A stretch of 64,000 nt of DNA, taken from contig CM060732.1 in NCBI GenBank assembly GCA_030704615.1, positions 72,416,001 to 72,480,000 on the forward strand, given 5' to 3'. Below are positions 27,317-40,197 of this stretch, in pieces. Source of the stretch: Takakia lepidozioides. Its lineage: Eukaryota > Plantae > Bryophyta. A model generated the notes under the pieces. It saw only the letters and a list, made by a program, of their open reading frames with translations. It searched no databases and was not told the origin of the DNA. The translations under genes were made by a program, and so were the position numbers. Each line of letters opens with the position of its first letter. Position 1 is the stretch's first letter.

Positions 27317-29500
27317 TTACCAATAATCCCCACAAGAACACAACCCATCCTCAAAGTGATGGAAGCGGATGGCATCCCTTGCAACAATGACTCGCCCAAC
27401 AATCTGTGAAATGAACTTGGTGGCAGTGTGGCAATCACCACATATCCGAAAGTATTTGATTATGCGTAGGGGGGTGCCAGGAGGTGTGTTGATGAGCCCG
27501 AAAGCAATGGCCAGCCTTTCACTGTGGTGCAGGAGGGCCTGTTCCTTTTGCATCCGGTCTACATCATGCAAGACAAAGCAAGTGTCTGGCACATATCCTG
27601 CTTCCTTCATCTTCCTATTCAAGCTATTTAACTCTGCATAGATCTCCTCTGTTTGGAGGTGTGATCTATCTTCTACAATGAATCTATGTACAGTGTTCTT
27701 CACCTCAATCCAGCTGCAACCTGGCTCCTTTTTCACACTTCTGTCCTCCATTACTTTCCTCACTTTTGCTACATCATCCCACCTGCCAGCTACAGAATAG
27801 ATGTTTGAAAGAAGCACATATACTCCAGCATTGTGTTGTTCAAACTTCAGAACAGATTCTGCGGCACACTCTGCGAGTTCCACATTGCCATGGATTCTGC
27901 AGGCACCAAGCAAGGCCTCCCACACTGAAGCAACTGGTTCACATGGCATTTTGTTGATGAAGTCTTCTGCTTCAGCCAGGCCCTGCATGGCCAAGAAGAT
28001 CAACCATGCAGCCATAGTGACTTCCTGTTGGTGTGATGCCATAATCCTGACCCATAGAAAGGAAATGCTGATGACCTTCATCCACTAAACCCATATAGCT
28101 GCATGCAGACAGAACCCCAATAAATGTGACATTGTCTGGCTTCACCCCCTCCCATTGCATCTGTTTAAAGAGTTGGAGAGCCTCGTTACCGTGCCCATGG
28201 TGGGCATACCCTATTATCATTGCATTCCATGAGACCACATCTCGTTCAAGAATTGTGTCAAACACCTTCCGTGCATCCCACACGCTCCCGCACTTGGCAT
28301 ACATGTCGACAAGGGCATTCCCAACACTGATGACCGACTCACATTCAGAAGTGATGAAATGGGCAGGGACACACTTGCCCTCTTCCAGGGCTGCTGCGCT
28401 GGCACATGCATTGAGGATGCTAATAAAGGTAACCTCATTGGGCTTCACCCCTTCTCCTTGCATTTGCTCAAAGAGTTCAAAAGCTTCCTGAAAATAACCA
28501 TATTGAGCAGATCCTGCAATCATCGCAGTCCATGTGACCACATCCCGCTTGTGCATTTTGTCGAACACTCGGCGTGCATCCACCACACTCCCACATTTGT
28601 AGTACATGGTGATAAGGGCAGTGCCCACTCGGACATCTGACTCAAATCCGGCTTTCATGATGCCCACATGGAGCCGCTTACCTTCTTCCAGAGCTGCTGG
28701 AATGGCACATGCATTAAGGATGCTAATGAAAGTGACCACATTTCTGTTTTTCATGTTGTCATATACTCGGAGGGCATCTACCACACTCCCGCACTTGGAA
28801 TACATACTGATCAGGGCAGTCCCAACTCGAACATCCGACTCAAATCCAGCTTTGGTGATGCCCGCATGGAGTCGCTTGCCTTCTTCCAGAGCTTCTGGGA
28901 TAACACAAGCGTTGAGGATGCTAACAAAAGTGACCATGTTGGGCTTGGTCCCTACTCTCTGCATTGTCCGGAAGAGTTCAAATGCTTCCTCCCTATGACC
29001 ATGCTGAGCGGATCCTGCAATCATGGCAGTCCATGATACCACATCTCGCTTAGGCATTTTGTCAAAAACATGGCGCGCATCCACCACACTCCCGCACTTG
29101 CAATACATGTTGACAAGAGCGTTTCCCACTCGGACATCTGACTCGAGTCCGGCTTTGATGATGCACCCATGGAGCCATTTGCCCTGCTCCAGAGCAGCTG
29201 GGATGGCACTCGTGGGCTAATGAAAGTAACCCTGTCTTCCTTTGTGCCCTCCAATTGCATTTGCTGGAACAGTTCAAAAGCCTCCTCAGCATCACCTTGC
29301 TGGGCACATCCTGCAATCATCGAAGTCCACAACAACACATCTCGCTTAGGAATTTTATCAAATAAGCGTCGTGCAACCCTCAAATTCCCACATCTGCAAT
29401 ACATGCTCACAAGGGCGGTGGCCACTCGCATGTCTGCATCGTATCCAGCTTCGCAGATGCCCACATGGGAGCACCACTGTTTGCCCATGAAGCCATGCAA
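27317..29500 (-). pseudogene. PLS-class PPR-E-DYW (C-to-U RNA-editing factor) pseudogene
   Basis: Regular P-L-S triplets (DVVSWTAMIAG / VTFISILNAC / VRVGTALISMY), PG-box KKEPGCSWIEV, HSERLA, CGDCH and terminal CSCGDYW; frameshifts near 29215 and 27980; degenerate N-terminus. Confidence 0.92.
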
Positions 29501-30127
29501 ACCGTCAGGAGGCTTTGGAGTGGGACAGCACCATAACTAAAGTACCCTCAATGCTCTCTCTCTCTCTCTCCCTCCTCAACGAGTGATGTGGATGAATGAC
29601 AAAATGAAGGGATCCAACTCCCAAGAACGCAAGAAACAAGTCACATAGCAAACTGCAAATTTCCCAAAGGCCCAACCCATAGTACCAGTAAACACCAACA
29701 GTTAGCTAAGAGCTTCCTCGGAACAAATCCGATGTGTTTTCTGTCAGCACATGCTCAGACAAAGCTAAGCTTCATGCCACCGAGGGCAGTAGAAGTGTGT
29801 CCTCTGCCGACATATACCACACCAAAGTTGTTTTCTGGTGTTTTCTGGAATGCCCATGTGCTAGCTGGACATTGAAAATGGAGTCAAATGCAATTGATGC
29901 CATTGGGTGCATCCATGAGTTGCACGCAAATGTCTATTACTCTGTTTCAATTGCTGGGGCATCTGCAATTGAACTCAAAGATGAGTTAGAGGTTTCTCCC
30001 CCATCATGTTCATGTGTGCAGAAGATCCAGTGATTGATCACCATTGATGTGTCAAACAAAAGGAAATAAACTTTGTGCACCACTTCTACTACCGTAGAGT
30101 CCTTCGATGTCCGGGGTTTAGTAATTC

Positions 30128-30320
30128 ACTAAGGTAGCATGTGCTGTTGGCCCAAGTGTCCAAGCCCATGTGCAATCTCCTATGTATCCAAGTGCGTCTC
30201 CTATGTCGAGGCCCAAGTGTGACCTCTAGGGTAGTTTGTGCCATTGGCCCATGTGTGAATAATTGAAATCTAAGACCAAGTGCAATTTCCTATGTATCCT
30301 AGTGCGTCTCCTATGTCGAC
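30128..30320. repeat. Tandem repeat of about 110-120 bp containing CCAAGTGCGTCTCCTATGTC; third copy at about 31150-31225
   Basis: The motif (one copy with a variant base) is seen at about 30188, 30298 and 31203. Confidence 0.75.
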
Positions 30321-31100
30321 ATGATGCTCAGTTACCATAGATACAGCACATGATGCGTCGTCAGCCTGAGAAGAAACATCATGATAAACATCAGGATTGA
30401 AATAAATTCTCACACCTCAAAATATTAGTGACATACTTCCACACAATCAAGATATTAGTTATATGAGAAGATGACACCTTAGAGACCAGAATACACCACT
30501 GCATAAGAAATCTAGTCAAACATGACATTAGAACGATTATTAACAATATAGACAGAAACAAAAACTAATGAACACCTTAATCTTCTTAAACTTCAGTTGT
30601 TCCTGGTTGTAGGCTTCGTCAAAGGACAATGCATTGCCATCTTGAACCTCGCCAGAAATTATTCTCTGCATGGCACGATTTCGAACTCTGACTTTCGATC
30701 TATCATATCTACACATTCATCATGAACCACCATGAGTATGTAAACACGGAAAGAAATTTTAAGTTAAAAAAATAGGAACAAAAATCAAGAAACTGGTAAA
30801 GTGATGGAGTAATTCTTACTTTGGGTAGATCTTGGCATCACAAGTCCCGAAATCTTCATACTGTATTCCACATGAACAAGAGCATCTGCCATTCGCGTTA
30901 TTGCGATACCTCTGCCGGTCTTATTCGTTATTCTCTTGCCCTTTAGGTCAAGAATATCTTCTGTCAGACGTTTGCTTGACAATCTCAGGGTGTTTTTCCA
31001 TGCAGGAATCTTCGTAAACCAGATTGGATCCTTATGAGGCTCGCACTTATTCTTTGGTGTTAGGAACAAAGCATGGGGAGATGCATCTGTCCACTTGGGG
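30320..31100 (-). mobile_element. Crypton-like (DUF3504-type) tyrosine recombinase relic with introns
   Basis: LFLTP..WFTKIPAWKNTL..ITNKTGRGIAITRM..MKISG(H)RD (1-nt frameshift); GT-AG intron 30819-30709; then K-Y (putative catalytic Tyr) DRSK..RAMQRIISG. Confidence 0.65.
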
Positions 31101-31315
31101 CCAATCACTGCTGCAGGAAAGCCCACTTTGCTATTTTTCCTACCTGGGTAGGTGGCCCAAGTGTGTAGTGTCATCTAAGTCCAACTGCAATCCCCTAAGT
31201 AGCCAAGTGCGTCTCCTATGTCTACTTCCATGGTAAAGTGGGCCACGAGTAGGGAATTCCAAAAAGGCCTTGATGTGAAATGCATTGCAATTCACTTGAT
31301 CACCCCTAAAAGTGT

Positions 31316-31450
31316 GCAATTCAATTGAATTGCAAGGGCAATTCAATTGAACTGCTAAAACTAGCTTGAAAACAAACCTAATTTGCAATTCAATTGAATT
31401 GCTAAAACTAGCTTGAAAACAACCTTAATTTGCAATTCAATTGAATTGTA
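31316..31450. repeat. Array of 18-bp palindromes GCAATTCAATTGAATTGC within a tandem unit of about 47 bp
   Basis: Four near-perfect copies; the unit CAATTCAATTGAA(C/T)TGCTAAAACTAGCTTGAAAACAA..TAATTTG is repeated. Confidence 0.8.
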
Positions 31451-32427
31451 ATCTATAATTTTTAACTTATTTCTGTATATATTGTATATATATGTATATA
31501 TTTAAATTATACATATACGCATACAAAAGTATAAGCTAAAAATACATGTTGCCCGGCTATTCTTGTTGTCCGTCTGTCAATCCTTGGCCCGTGGTAAGGC
31601 TGGAGCCCGAGATAAGCCTAAGGGAGAGCGAGAATCACGAAGCGCTTGTAAAAGCGGGAGAGCTGGAGAAGCCTGATTGTTTGACCGATTTAGCCACCAT
31701 GCCGTTGCTTGTAAATCGATGCAGCATGCTACGTCGATTCGACCTGTTCTCCCATTTCCAATTAATAAATTTCCATGGCCACTGTCCCAGTACTGCCTTA
31801 TCGATTCGCATTCTTTGATGATCATTTGTCGGACTATGTCTAGTTTGAAGTGTCTTGTACAATCATTGAAACTCATGTAATGAGATCACTGATTGTTTTG
31901 CGTAATTGCCTTATGTATTCACTTTCTATGAGATGAATGAATGAGATGATAGTCCATAATGTTTTCGCCCATATGGTGGCCCAGACTGGCGCCTCCTTAC
32001 CCAAGCAACTGATCCGAAACTTGCAGGTCCAGTTGTGTTTTCCCGGGGCGAGTGAGCTCGGAAGAAATCTGGTCTGACTGGACTTGAAGAATGAGAGTGT
32101 GAGTGCGCATGTCTGACTACAAAATCTATGAATTTAAATTCATCCATGAAGCATGATTGACTGATGCGGATAGTTGCTTGATGAGAGTAGCAAGAGTCAC
32201 ACTAGTTGAGCAATAACATTGTCTGTGTCACGGACACATACGAACTTGCCTGCTTAGACAGCTGAAGAGTAAGACAACACAGATACCCTTGTAGGTCATT
32301 TGAGAATTTGAGATGAGGCTGCCTGCATCTATAGAATTCTTGCTGCGTGCCTGGAGATTTGTGGTAGCTCTCGCTGGACCATTTGATGCCCAATTGGCCA
32401 GATGGGACGTCAATGTAGACACTTCGA

Positions 32428-34140
32428 TTAATGAAGGCCCGAGATAGCAACATAGTATGGGCGAATGTCAGCTTTAGTCACCAGTCCGCTGCAAGCATAA
32501 GGATCCTTCTCAATAAATCTGTGCACCTCTGAACCAAAGAAGCCAGTCCATATGAGATTAGTCAAATTTGCGAACAGATAGTTGCCAAAACTTGCATTTA
32601 CTGCAAAGGATGTCATTTTTGTCACTCCACTTATCACAAAGTTCATGCTCACAGATACAATCCATGTGTTATATGATTTGCAGTGAAGAATTTGGCATGG
32701 CATTGAGCAATTGTCATCCCTCCAGCCTCTCCTCTCTCTATATGCCCTCTTTCTAAGCCCTAAAAAGCTGTAACTGGAGTGAGTTTCTTTAGAGTACTGA
32801 TGTGGACCACCTCAATTAGAAAGCTTGGTCCAACTAATGGAGAGAGAGTTCACTCCCATGCTCTCTTTCTTTCCCACCAAAAACGTGTTCTTTCACTCTC
32901 CTGTTATGCTCCCTCCAAATGGGGCTCAGAGTTTAAGGCCAAAAGGCTGCACCAAGTCGTATGGCAAATGTAATACATTTTTGCTTGGGATCAACAGTTG
33001 CCGACCAACTCATGGGTGGGGAGTTTGCACCTTCAATAGACGGGACATGGAAGATCAGCAAGGCACCATCGATAGGAGAGCCCCATGCCCCTCCTAGCAA
33101 CAGCTTACCCTCCTCTACAAGCTGATTTGCGAGTGCCAAATGCTCTGCTCTGTACTGCTCCCGCCTTTCCATTATGTCCGGCACGTACTCTAGTCCAGGG
33201 CCACAAAGCATGCACAATGCAAATCCATCATATCGAAAATACTACCTCCCCCACCCTCCCCCCCCGCCTCCTTTTCTCTTTCCTGCCCTCCTATCCTCTC
33301 TCTCATCTCTCCCCTCTCTTGCGAGAACTTGGCTGCGTCAATAGTTTCCTTCTTCCTTCTTTCTTTATGTTTCTTTAGGTTCTTCTTCAGTTCCTGTGGT
33401 TCTACTACTTGAATCCCTTCCCAGGAAATAACAAATTTCTTTCCTTCACTCTCAATTACACACACCGTTTGCACGTAGAAGAGAACAAAAGCTGCACCCA
33501 CCATAAATCAATGCAAAATACTGTCGGGTGCCTTCATTCTTGTTTCCTCCTTCTGCTGCAGCATTGCTGGATCCGTCCACTGCAACCCCAGTAGCAAGTC
33601 TGTACTTGCCACGGATGGCAACAGGGTAAGATCCCAATTTGTTCGAATGGGTGCAGCAGTCGCTTAGAAAACCATACACAGATTGCCTGTATGATTGGCC
33701 TTCAAGCAGCTACCCTTGACACACACACGACGCGTGATAGGCAGGGAAAACTTGAGTCATCACCCATCTCCTATCTTATAAGAAAAGAGAGGCGAACAAT
33801 AAACTGCATCCTGAGACTGCTTGCCAGAGCTTTTGTGGTCTGGACGGAGCAGAAAGATAACACCAAATCACACCGTGAATGAAGAGACTTAACATCAAGA
33901 CGAAGAAATAAATGATAGGACATGCAGCAGCTGAAATGTCGCGATTCTGTTTCTCAATCGAGACCGTGGGAGCTAAGAATATGAAGCACACCTCTGGCCT
34001 CGTACGCTTGTGTGGAACTCCGGGATGTGAAAGGAACACGGTTGTGGGTATAGAGCAGGGAACCGATCCAAAACGTACGCGAAGTGTGAAATGGACAGAG
34101 CTGGCATGGATCCTGCTCTTCACCTGGTCACTATCACCAT
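32428..34140 (-). CDS. YCII-related domain protein (first exon uncertain)
   Basis: Spliced RQYFALIY|EYVPDIMERREQYRAEHL..GKLLLGGA..DGALLIF..IE|EVHRFIEKDPY..GLVT..IRPY. ATG candidates at 34107, 34140 and 34422 all give phase-2 donors. Confidence 0.85.
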
Positions 34141-35022
34141 CCTTCGCAAGTATTCTGTGCGCAACTTCTCTCTCTTCTCTCCCTCTCTCACAGCGTGACG
34201 ACTGTGTCAACGAGTGAACCTTCGGACCACGGGAGGACATGATGCATGGCATTTCGCATGACATGATCCTGCTTCACATGCTACAGATCTCAACTGCTTG
34301 CGCCAGTGGATTCGAACTCCAGGACGCACTTGTGGGCAGCAAAGTTGGTTATGAGGAACACTGCAAATAAGGGCAAGGAACGGTTTATGACGGAGCTGCA
34401 CAGCACCGCTACTTATAACCATTTGCTGCAGCAACAAATGTCATCTGTATGTGTTGGGGTATTCATACCCTGTGTGATGCTCATTGTGTTGATCTGTCTG
34501 TGTACAAATACCTCCCCTCATTCTATCTCATTGCTGTAAAATCTCAGCCTTGATGACAATACACTCTTGAACGTCATATGCAGTCTCATTCAGAATTTCT
34601 CTCCTTATTCCGGATGCAAGAAGAACGTGACCAAGCATGCGGCGTGCACCATGCTCACCTCAACTTCAGTTACAGCTCATCCATTGGAGGTTGTAGGAAA
34701 TCATGTAACTTGCAATTACAAAACAATTGGACCAAAGATGATGCCAACCCGGATTTGGGTGGCTCGGGATCATACCAACAACCATTTTAATCCTTGTGCA
34801 CTTACAATTGAGTCCATCTTCCTCCCCTGTGCAGATCATAGTCCTAAGAAATCACTATGGAATATAATGACAGAAGCGACAGAGCTATCAGCACTATATC
34901 CCACTCATCTGTAACTTACTGTCAACCAAACTCTTCTTTCCCTTACAGAGGTCAAATACCTCCAGCTAGAATGTCGCAATTTCCAAGATGATGGAAAAAC
35001 TGGCAAAATTCAAAGTTCCATA

Positions 35023-38000
35023 CTACACCTTCTTGAAGAAAGCCAACAAATTGCCTTTCTGCGGCCCTTTTCCTGCAGCCTTCCCGGCAGACTTGCTAGG
35101 AACCTTGGTGGAAGGTCCCTTCTGTATATTGGGCACCTTGGTATCTGATGCAGCAGGCCTGGAACCAACGACATGCATAAGAGAAAAGCATTCATCAGAA
35201 TCTAGTTGCCATAGTATTATCATTAAGGCTAAACCTGAGCCTCCTATTCACGTAACCAGAGAACAGGACCAAGAGGGGGGAAACGTGTGTAACATAGAAT
35301 ATACCCTGCAAGTGTAATGCTTTCGCATGACACACATGCTGTCAGTACTGCCTTAGACTTAACTTCGAGAATATCCTCAGAGAACGAATGTCTCTGTTTT
35401 TGAGGCCATGAATTCAAGCTAGTGTGGTGTAGCGTCATCACAGGCCCTGAACCAAGTTTGGATGGAGCAGGAAATGGGTTTGTGTGAGAAGGGATGTACT
35501 CATTAGACTTGACGCAGCCTAGTTGCATAAACTCACGGAAGGAGTAGAAAAGTGCAGAGTGAGAGAGAGAGGGGAAGCAATCTCACTTGTCTGCCAAATG
35601 TTTTGCATCTACAACAGTAGGCAGCACTGCAGGTTTGGCTGCTAAGCATTGGCCCTGTTTCTCCTTTTCTTCTACTCCATCGGTCTCCCAGGACACTTCC
35701 ATCACTGGGCAGAAACAAGTTGCTCAACTTGATCAATCATCAATTTTTCAGGGCAATAAATTCACAGCTTAAAACAAAGAATATCCGTTTGGCACATCAA
35801 AATTTGTGAAGTGAGAAGAATCACCGTGGAGCCTGGCAAGAGGTTCCTAAGAGAGCCAGTGACTTCCAACTGGACACTAAGATCTTCATCAGTATGCGCT
35901 AGTATTCTGCAGTCCATCTTGAATTTGCCTTGAGACCTTCAGGTGGGGCTTAGCAACCAGAATATCCTTGATACTACAATGATTCCACATCCTCTTCTCC
36001 AATATTGGGATCATGATATGGGCAAAAATTCACTCTCATATCTCCAGGTATGCCACACAGGTCCAACACAAAGATAAACCACGCCTCTGGACCTGTATCA
36101 ATCTAGGAGAAAAAAGCTTCCTCACAAAAGCAAGTTCTCTCCCAGTACCTTCTCGGCCACGGTCGTCAATTCGTGATTTGAGCACTTTCTTCCTTTTTGG
36201 GCCACCCAATGATGATGAAGCTTTCTCATGGGTTACAAACCCTGCTCCATCTTCCCCTTCCCTCTTCACCCCACTCACTTTCTCCACTGACCGACCAGAA
36301 GCATGCTCCAACGTGTCTGCAGCTTGATTCATTGGAGACTCGCGATTCAACTCTTTGTCACACACTGCGGATGTACTAATATACACATCCCTACCCTTCT
36401 GCTCATTATCACTCTCCTTGCTCCTCAAAATCCTGCTAGCAGGCATTGTGACATTTTCGGAGGCCCTCCTTAAGGAAATCTCTGACACATTCGCTGGAGG
36501 TTCTGGAGAGGCCAAGTTCACAATCTCCTCAGCATCCAGGCCCCCACAATCATCATCCTTCCTGCCCTCATCTTCGTCATCGATGATCAACTGTCGCTTC
36601 CTTCCTGTGCTTGTCTTGACGTGGCCCCGGCGGATCCGAGCAAAGTCAGCAGCATCATCGTCACTGCTTGCTTCACTGCCACTGGTCTCCATGGCTCGAA
36701 TGCCAGCCTCAGCATCGGCTGCAAGCAAGACATGGATCATCTCAGGAACTAGTTCAGGTTTATTAATGGAGGGGATCAGTCAGGAGTGTTTCAAGTTCAA
36801 TCACCCTCGATCACTCTGTACGATGAGGATGACTTCTTGAGGGTACTGCAGATAGACCAAATGGTTTCTGATACTATATGGGACTGCAACTATAGTCAAA
36901 ACATTCATCACCAACAATGTAACTCCAAAAAGCAAACGCTATCTTCAGTGACTTCTGGGTAGTAGAGTCCAGGCAGGAACTATTCGATTTCCGCCGTAGG
37001 ACCATCTTGATCTAGAAAACAAACACTCACTATCCGAAAATGACACCATAGCAATAGGGCAATTGGACGTGTAGCCTCCAATTTATGCATGAACTTGAAA
37101 GTTCTCAACATATATCCTAGTAATACTTGTTTTGAAACTGCGAATGGAATATAATATATCAGTAGTGTACCAGCATTCAAGTTGGGCAAAGAGTGCTTTG
37201 CAGCTTTTGATTCAGAAGCCTTTGGAGGAGGGGGCTTGGGTTTGTTGGATGCTCGCCCCCACAGACTTTTCAAAGAACCCCCTCCAATTGCCGCCATTTT
37301 CCCCATTCCTGCGGCCACATTTCCACCAGCACCTTTCGCACCTGCCCCTGAAATGCTGCTTTTCCTTGCGCCTACCTCCTTGACCTCTGCCCTCCCTTCT
37401 GCATTCCCCAAAGTTGAAGGGATGTTGCGACTATCTCCTGCAGTTGCCGCTTTCCCCTTTTCCACACAAACATTTCCAGAAGCAGCTTTAATGTTTGAGC
37501 TTTTCCCTTCGCCTGTCTCCTTGACCTTTGCCAAACAGCTTGGGGGTATTTTGCAAGTATCTTTCGAGTCTTCAAGAGAGTCTGTCCTGACAGCCTTTGA
37601 TACTGTCAAAGCTTTTGGAACAGGGGGAACACTTCTTTGAGGATTGCTTGTGGAAGGAGGCCGTGTCTGGCTGGGATGAGCTGACTTCTTTCCTCCAAAG
37701 CTTCTTGTCACTAGCGAACATGACACCGCACTGAACCTGCACACCCGATATGCACAACAACATGCAGCAGAAATTAGCATTGATCCTCTGTTTCAAGCAG
37801 CAGTTACCGGTTTAGGGGTCAACTTGACAAGTTCACCAGGTAAAGCTCTGACATCAATAGCGCAAGCTGGGATTGACACGTTTCTGTTGACCATAATGGC
37901 AATGAAATGACACACTAGTTCACTTCATTAAAGCTGCAACCCCCATTGATAGAGCCCAAGGGAAGGTGCCATGCCAACATCCTTCTATACAACATCAAGG

Positions 38001-39390
38001 TTAGTGAATCGGCTCTGAAAATAGGGAAATCAATGGATTTCAACAGTCTGGAAGTATTTGAAGGACCCTGCAGTAGCACCTACAGACAGACACGATCCAC
38101 AGAGATCTCAGTTTTGAGTATTACCGATTGTCACGAAGACAATTGGCAACATCTGGGGGCTGGTTAAAGAGCTCCTGCGCTTGCACCAAGTCAGCCATGC
38201 AAAGCTGTGCAGAATCCTTGGGAAGACATGGCTGCACACTGTACACATGGTATGATGGCGTCCCATCCAACACTTGTCTTGCCTCTGCCACAGTCAGCAC
38301 ACAAGAAAATGAATTCTCCCTCCAATTTCCTTCCCCGGTCTTGATGAGGAAGTCAAAGTGAATTACCTCTTCAAACAAATACCTCTTTTGTAAATGCTCC
38401 TCTATGTTCTACGCAGACAGGGAACATTCAAATCTTTATCCGTATTTTTGCATTGTTAAGTTTCACCAAGGAAAGGAGGGAAAAAGAGAAAAAGTAAAGA
38501 ACGTGGGTTGCAAAGTCTCCACCTACATATAGACATTCATAAGGTAGCAGATCCAACCACACCAGGATGATCAAGGGACTTTCAGAGACAAGGACCATCT
38601 TAGCATCTTAGCACCTTGCAGCTTGGCCTTGGGAACCAGTTGAACTGAGTAATTACGGGGCTCGCTCTTGGTCCACCCTGACACTGCATACACAACCTCT
38701 ATTTTTTCTCCATCATTCTGTTCCGCAAACTCCTGTAGAACCCTATCCCACCCATACAGCCATCAACCTCGGACAGTGATCTACAAAAAAACGACATTCA
38801 GCTACAAGATTAGCAGCCATTCACTTGTTCAGGATGAGGGACTATTGCCTGAGAACCGTTTTATGTGACATCCAATAAGTTATGGATAAAATGCTACCTC
38901 TTCGCTGCATTTGATGAAACTGAGAACTTTCGGCTCAGCCACTTGTAGGAAACCTGCACATCCTCCTCCACATTGACACCATCAGCCCATGCAATACCAG
39001 TTCTCTACTGTGGCTTTCCTCCATCAATTACACCTCATTTATCTCACATTCAAACTTAAAAGAACGTTCTGAAGAAGGTAATCAAAAAAGCTGACCATGA
39101 GAAACCATTAACTATTCCTGTGAACCTCAGGAAGGAAATACCATTGAGAGCATAGTTCCCACAGTCTACTAACCCTCCCCAGCCGGTCACATGGTGTGGA
39201 TGACTCAGCCCATCATCCATTGCAGTTGAAGACTGATTATTGATTTCAAGGGGTACTCATATCTATGAGAAAAACATAATGCTGACCCAAACAGGAGGCG
39301 GAGATCTTGAATGCATACCACTTGCAGGGCATCGCAGACGAGAGCTTGGAGGTGGTTGAGAATCGCCGATTCTGGCAAGGCATCCCCCAT
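35023..39390 (-). CDS. POLD3: DNA polymerase delta subunit 3, multi-exon
   Basis: VVSYKWLSRKFSVSSNAAKRVLQEF, YAVSG, HVYSVQPCLPKD, CLRDNRF, KRKKVLKSRIDDRGRE and a C-terminal PIP box QKGNLLAFFKKV. Confidence 0.93.
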
Positions 39391-39491
39391 AGCCACAGTC
39401 TCTGAGGTTCCTGTCCAGTCACAACTATCCTACACGTCGCTCTACACCTTCCAAACTCACAGCATCATGAACAAAGGATCTCCACAGATGG

Positions 39492-40197
39492 TCAGTAGCC
39501 CTTGTTTCCTCGAATTCGCTTCGTCATATCCACCTGTCCCACAGCCGCCCTGTAAAATCTCTTCGAAAGGTTCTACTTATAGGACCTTCAGTTGTTGGTC
39601 TCCGATGAGAGGTGAAATGAATTATCTTTCAGTCTGTCGAGGAATTCAATGCAATGCAACTCGTAGCTGTAATGTTATCCATATATTAGTAGTTCTGTAA
39701 AAGACAGTTTACGAGGTTCAACAAAACATGAAGGAAAACAAACCTGGCCACGCTTGCACTGAAAGTAGGTCTCCCGTAAGCCCACGCATTCAGAAGGAAC
39801 TGATGGACTCTTCTCTCCTGCACAGTCCTTGTAGGAACGCTTCTCCTCCTGCGTTTTCAATTTGCCATCTCTTTATGATTCGTCCCTGCCTCTAGCTTAA
39901 TTGTCTAACGAAAATATTGTCCCCATCAAAAAGTCTCTTTGGCAACGAGCTCTAACGTGGCGGAAACTATAATTTCTCTCAAAGAAACAGAATTGTGGAG
40001 GAAAAGAGGGTGGGATCGGAACGGAAGTCAAACATTGAGGGTTTAGGGCTCTGATGAATCCAATATGACTGAAACTGGAAAATGAACAAGGAAAACAAAT
40101 GCAACGGGTAAGGATGAGACAGGAATACCTTCATGCAACGCGACTCACTGAGGCACTTGACGAGCTCCAGGGCAAGGCCCTTGCAGGACTTGGCCAT
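39492..40197 (-). CDS. COA5: Cytochrome c oxidase assembly factor 5 (PET191 family), 3 exons, 71 aa
   Basis: Exons 40197-40129, 39848-39744 and 39533-39492 give MAKSCKGLALELVKCLSESRCMKEEKRSYKDC...ECVGLRETYFQCKRGQVDMTKRIRGNKGY; twin Cx9C-like pattern. Confidence 0.93.

Noticed and set aside
27317-27730. U-to-C (DYW:KP) editing domain
   Set aside because: It has the PG-box, HSERLA and terminal DYW of the canonical C-to-U type.
30128-31450. CRISPR-like array
   Set aside because: Eukaryotic context, irregular and homologous spacers, and no cas genes; these are ordinary tandem or palindromic repeats.
34141-35022. Extension of the COA5-POLD3 unit to YCII (tricistron)
   Set aside because: The 600-880 bp spacer with a GA-rich leader is enough for an independent terminator and promoter, and the first YCII exon is ambiguous.
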